From: Candidatus Zixiibacteriota bacterium
Lineage (GTDB): Bacteria; Zixibacteria; MSB-5A5; GN15; FEB-12
Direction of reading: 5' to 3'
DNA length: 52,497 bases
Assembly (NCBI GenBank): GCA_041742355.1
Contig: JBGSIV010000304.1
Coordinates: forward strand, 1 to 52,497
A model generated the notes under the pieces. That model made no database searches. It had not been told where the DNA came from and saw only the letters and a list, made by a program, of their open reading frames with translations. Position 1 is the stretch's first letter. Each line of letters starts with the position of its first letter. This document shows, one piece after another, positions 49,174-52,497 of this stretch. The position numbers and the translations under genes were made by a program.

Positions 49174-49710
49174 ATGGCGTCGACAAAATCCGCCCCAAAG
49201 AAGGAACTAGCCAAACCGGACACCTTCGACCACAAGACCAGGCTGGCGTTTGACTGGACACAATTCACCCTGAAAATCTTCGTTAAGGCGTCACCGCAGA
49301 CGGTCTGGAAAGCCTGGACCGACCCGCAGATGCTGTCCTCGTGGTTTCCGGTCAAAGGGATAATCGAGCCGAAAGCGGGCGGCCGGATTTGGCTGCAGTT
49401 CTTCCGCCCGGAAGATACGCTGGACGATATCGTCATCAGCGCGGTGAAAGGGAAGAAAGTTGTGTTTCCGTTCGGGAACCATGGCGAGCAGGTCGAGGTG
49501 AAGGTGATCAGCCACAAGGGGGGAACAATCTGCCAGTTGACCCAGTCGCGGATGCGTACCACGGCCCGGGACAAGGTGTACATGCACATGGGCTGCCGCG
49601 CCGGATGGGTGTTCTTCCTGACCAACCTGAAAGCGTACCTCGAACACGGCCTTGACCTGCGAAGCACCGACCCGAAAATGACTTACCGCGAAGGGTTCGT
49701 CAACTCCTGA
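49174..49710 (+). CDS. SRPBCC/Aha1 domain protein
   Basis: ASPQTVWKAWTDP..LSSWF, GW..FL.NLK.YLE; RBS AAGGAG. Confidence 0.88.
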   Translation: MASTKSAPKKELAKPDTFDHKTRLAFDWTQFTLKIFVKASPQTVWKAWTDPQMLSSWFPVKGIIEPKAGGRIWLQFFRPEDTLDDIVISAVKGKKVVFPFGNHGEQVEVKVISHKGGTICQLTQSRMRTTARDKVYMHMGCRAGWVFFLTNLKAYLEHGLDLRSTDPKMTYREGFVNS

Positions 49711-49786
49711 CCCGGCCGGCCGGTTGTGCGCCGGCTACTTTTCCCTTGTAAGTCATTGAAAGGTTATATATTCTTGGGCTTGGCGG

Positions 49787-49812
49787 TGAAACAGCGCCTC
49801 AACTGAATCGTA
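49787..49812 (+). promoter_or_regulatory. SigW-type ECF promoter, probably autoregulatory
   Basis: TGAAAC-N16-CGTA ending 12 nt before the ECF sigma start codon. Confidence 0.75.
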
Positions 49813-49824
49813 CAGCAAAGAGAG

Positions 49825-50394
49825 ATGTCGGTGCAGGATAACGATACAGAAGTCATTGAGCAGGCCCTCAAAGGGGACCAGCACGCGTATCGAATCCTTG
49901 CGGAGCGGCATCGCCCGGCCGTCTTCCACATCGTCTACAAGATCGTCCGGGACAAGGAAACGGCGAACGATTTGGTGCAGGAGACCTTCATGAAGGCGTT
50001 TACATCGCTCGCGACCTACCGCTCCGAGTACCGGTTCTCAACCTGGCTGTACAAGATTGCGGCCAACTGCTCGATTGATCATCTGCGCAAGAAGCGAATC
50101 CAGGTGTTGTCGCTGGAAGGCCAGATGGATCATGAATTTGAGGGCCGAACGATCGATGTCCCGGACTACTCCTACCATCCCGAACGCGATCTGGTCCGAA
50201 AACAGCAGCGGTTCAGTATCGAAGAGGCTATCGATTCGCTGCCGAAGAAGTACCGCGAGGTGATCGTCTACCGGCACAAGGATGATAAATCCTACGAAGA
50301 AATAGCCGATCTACTGGATATACCGATCGGTACAGTCAAGGCGCGGATATTCCGCGCCCGGGAGCTTCTCAAAAAGAAGCTCAAATCGATCTGA
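49825..50394 (+). CDS. ECF sigma factor (SigW/RpoE-like)
   Basis: DLVQETF, FSTWLYKIAAN..IDHLRK, SYEEIA...IGTVKARIFRARELL. Confidence 0.93.
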   Translation: MSVQDNDTEVIEQALKGDQHAYRILAERHRPAVFHIVYKIVRDKETANDLVQETFMKAFTSLATYRSEYRFSTWLYKIAANCSIDHLRKKRIQVLSLEGQMDHEFEGRTIDVPDYSYHPERDLVRKQQRFSIEEAIDSLPKKYREVIVYRHKDDKSYEEIADLLDIPIGTVKARIFRARELLKKKLKSI

Positions 50395-50422
50395 ACTGGG
50401 GATGGTACAAGGAGTTCTGCGT

Positions 50423-51331
50423 ATGTCCCGGACTTGCGGCTTCATCCTGTGCGTGATCTGCCTCTTCGCCGCCGGCACGCCGGCTTCGGCCGAAGAATAC
50501 ACCTTCGACTACCAGAAAATCATCGATCTGGATCAGCCGGGACAACTGGATCTGCGGCTGGTGCACGGCTCGGTGCGGATAGTCGGCGGGGAAGGAAGCC
50601 AGGTGGTGATCGAAGCGGTCAAGCGAGTGCGGGCCAGCAACTACGACGAAGCACAGGAAGTGGCCGACCACATGGAGATCAAAACCCGCCAGAAGGGAAC
50701 GCTCATTGAGATCCAGACAAACTACCTGACCATGGTCCGTCGTGGGCGCTCGTTCTGGCAGAAGCTGTTCGGATCGGGCTCGGACGCTCCGGGGAATGTG
50801 GAGTACACCATCACCGTGCCGTACCAGACGGATATCCGGATCGCCAGTGTCGCCGGGAAGATCAGCGTGAGTTCCCTGGAAGGGGCGCTCACCGTAGAAA
50901 ATGAATCAGGAGAAGTGCGGGCGGAATATGTGATCGGCCCGCTATCGGTTAGCCAGCCGCATGGCTCGATAGACCTGCAATGGATTGAAGGGGATATTCG
51001 CGTCAAGGCGGTGACCGGTACAGTCAGTGTCAACCAGGTGCGCGGGGCGCTCGATATCGCCGCGCGGACCGGAGAAGTTCACGTACGCACCGAGTTGGAC
51101 AGCCCCGACGACTTCTTCGTCGAAACCACGAGCGGACAGATCCATTTCGCCGTGCCGCTTTCGGCCTCGGGCAAGCTCAGTGTGGAAACAGCCAGCGGCG
51201 GAATTCAGAGCGATGTGCCGGTGGTGATTGAGGCCGTGACCAAACGTCAGCTGGTCGGCATATTCGGCCAGGGCGGACCACGGGTCCACCTGACGTCGTC
51301 ATCCGGCGATGTCACCATCGCCCAGTTCTGA
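50423..51331 (+). CDS. DUF4097 family beta-strand repeat exported protein
   Basis: Signal peptide; VEYTITVP; repeated T.SG.I.V motifs; ends LTSSSGDVTI. Confidence 0.85.
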   Translation: MSRTCGFILCVICLFAAGTPASAEEYTFDYQKIIDLDQPGQLDLRLVHGSVRIVGGEGSQVVIEAVKRVRASNYDEAQEVADHMEIKTRQKGTLIEIQTNYLTMVRRGRSFWQKLFGSGSDAPGNVEYTITVPYQTDIRIASVAGKISVSSLEGALTVENESGEVRAEYVIGPLSVSQPHGSIDLQWIEGDIRVKAVTGTVSVNQVRGALDIAARTGEVHVRTELDSPDDFFVETTSGQIHFAVPLSASGKLSVETASGGIQSDVPVVIEAVTKRQLVGIFGQGGPRVHLTSSSGDVTIAQF

Positions 51332-51359
51332 TCTGCCGCGCGCGAACATAGGAAGTTGC

Positions 51360-52497
51360 ATGCGCTCCGCCGATCCTTGTCGTTGGTGGCCGGTTCTGGC
51401 CGGCCTGCTCTGGTTCGCCGCGCTGCCGTCGTCCTCGCCCGCCCAGGACGACAGCGTCAAGGCGGTGGAAGAGCTGTCGGCGGCAAGTCGGCCCGAAACC
51501 GTCTCAGATCTCAAAACCGCCCCCCCCGGAGTAGTCTTCAACGAAATCCGCCTCTCGGAAACCGGCGTCGTGGCGACCGACATCGACGGCAACGACTGGC
51601 GGTATGACTTCCAGCGCGACGCCTGGGTCGAAGGAACGGCGACAACCGAAGGCGCCGGACGTTTGGACCGCCCCGCCGCGGGAAACGACCTGCCGATCGA
51701 GCAGCGGGCGACACAGGTCCGGGAGGTCAGCCCGGGCGAACCGTCGGTCACCATCGGGTACGACGAGTTTGTCGACGGCAGCATCCTGGCCTCGGGACGC
51801 GTGACGGTCAAAGGATGGGTCCGCGGTGACGTCCGGTCATACAAGCGCGTGCTGGTGACCGAGTCGGGTCAGGTGGACGGAGATATTGAGGCGCCGAGCG
51901 TCGTGGTGAAGCCGGGCGGCGTCGTGCGCGGAGAGGTCCGCGAAAACGAAAACCCGCTGGATCCCAGCCGCTACACCGAAGCAATCTCGGTCGACGCAAT
52001 CGTCGCGGTCACGGCAATCGCCGTACTCATGATGTTTGCCGGGTTCCTGGTGGTCGCGGTCATTCCGAAACAACTGGCGCACGTGACCGCCTGTATCGCC
52101 GGCTATAAGACGAGGTCCTATGCCGTCGGGCTGCTACTCATCTTCCTCCTCCCCGTGATCGCGGCCCTCTTCGTGATCACTATTGTCGGAATCGTGCTGA
52201 CACCAATCCTGCCGATCCTCTACCTGGCCGCAGTGGCTTTCGGTTTGATCGCCTTCGCCGGAATGATCGGATCCTGGGCCCTCCGCAAAGCCCTGCAGCA
52301 AGAGGCCGGGCCGCAGTTGCAGACGTTCGTCGGGATGGCGCTCCTGGCGCTGCTCTGGCTGGTGGTGATAATGCTGGTCGGAGACAGCGATTCCCTGCTC
52401 TACGGGCTGGGGATTGCCCTCCTGGTCATCGCGATCGCCGTGACCTCGTTTCCCATCTGCGCCGGCGTGGGGGCGTCTTTCCTCACCCGGTTCGGTC
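51360..52497 (+). CDS. Bactofilin-like (polymer-forming) beta-helix plus multi-TM membrane protein, 3'-truncated by window edge
   Basis: Not in the ORF track because it has no stop in the window. Manual translation from ATG 51360: signal peptide, VDGSILASGRVTVKGWVRGDV...GQVDGDIEAPSVVVKPGGVVRGEV, then TM helices including VITIVGIVL. Confidence 0.75.
   Translation, partial: MRSADPCRWWPVLAGLLWFAALPSSSPAQDDSVKAVEELSAASRPETVSDLKTAPPGVVFNEIRLSETGVVATDIDGNDWRYDFQRDAWVEGTATTEGAGRLDRPAAGNDLPIEQRATQVREVSPGEPSVTIGYDEFVDGSILASGRVTVKGWVRGDVRSYKRVLVTESGQVDGDIEAPSVVVKPGGVVRGEVRENENPLDPSRYTEAISVDAIVAVTAIAVLMMFAGFLVVAVIPKQLAHVTACIAGYKTRSYAVGLLLIFLLPVIAALFVITIVGIVLTPILPILYLAAVAFGLIAFAGMIGSWALRKALQQEAGPQLQTFVGMALLALLWLVVIMLVGDSDSLLYGLGIALLVIAIAVTSFPICAGVGASFLTRFG

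Overview
GC-rich bacterial genomic window. Five secreted proteins share a C-terminal dockerin-like domain (GD.NGDG...SDLTYLV.YLFKGGP.P..C); this style suggests candidate phylum Zixibacteria or a relative, which is an inference. The first ~14.6 kb is a lower-GC, tightly coupled + strand operon that runs off the left edge. It encodes two divergent Hsp70/actin-fold ATPases, two proteins with GrpE-like C-termini (one membrane-anchored), a large FtsZ/tubulin-like GTPase, an exported vWA protein, a catalytically dead trypsin-like membrane protein, a Zn-ribbon/beta-rich protein and a small membrane protein. This is the best candidate for an undescribed system. The remainder is host-like: SET and GNAT proteins, MsrA, a CoA-transferase, a hydrogenase-less HybA/HybB-type module with a 13-heme cytochrome, cydAB, an acyl-CoA dehydrogenase, several dockerin-bearing surface proteins and an ECF sigma operon. 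Non-coding signals include two Rex/CRP-like operators, a SigW-type promoter, sigma70 promoters, terminators and a REP-like 28/90-bp repeat cluster. No tRNA, rRNA, CRISPR array, integrase or transposase was recognised.
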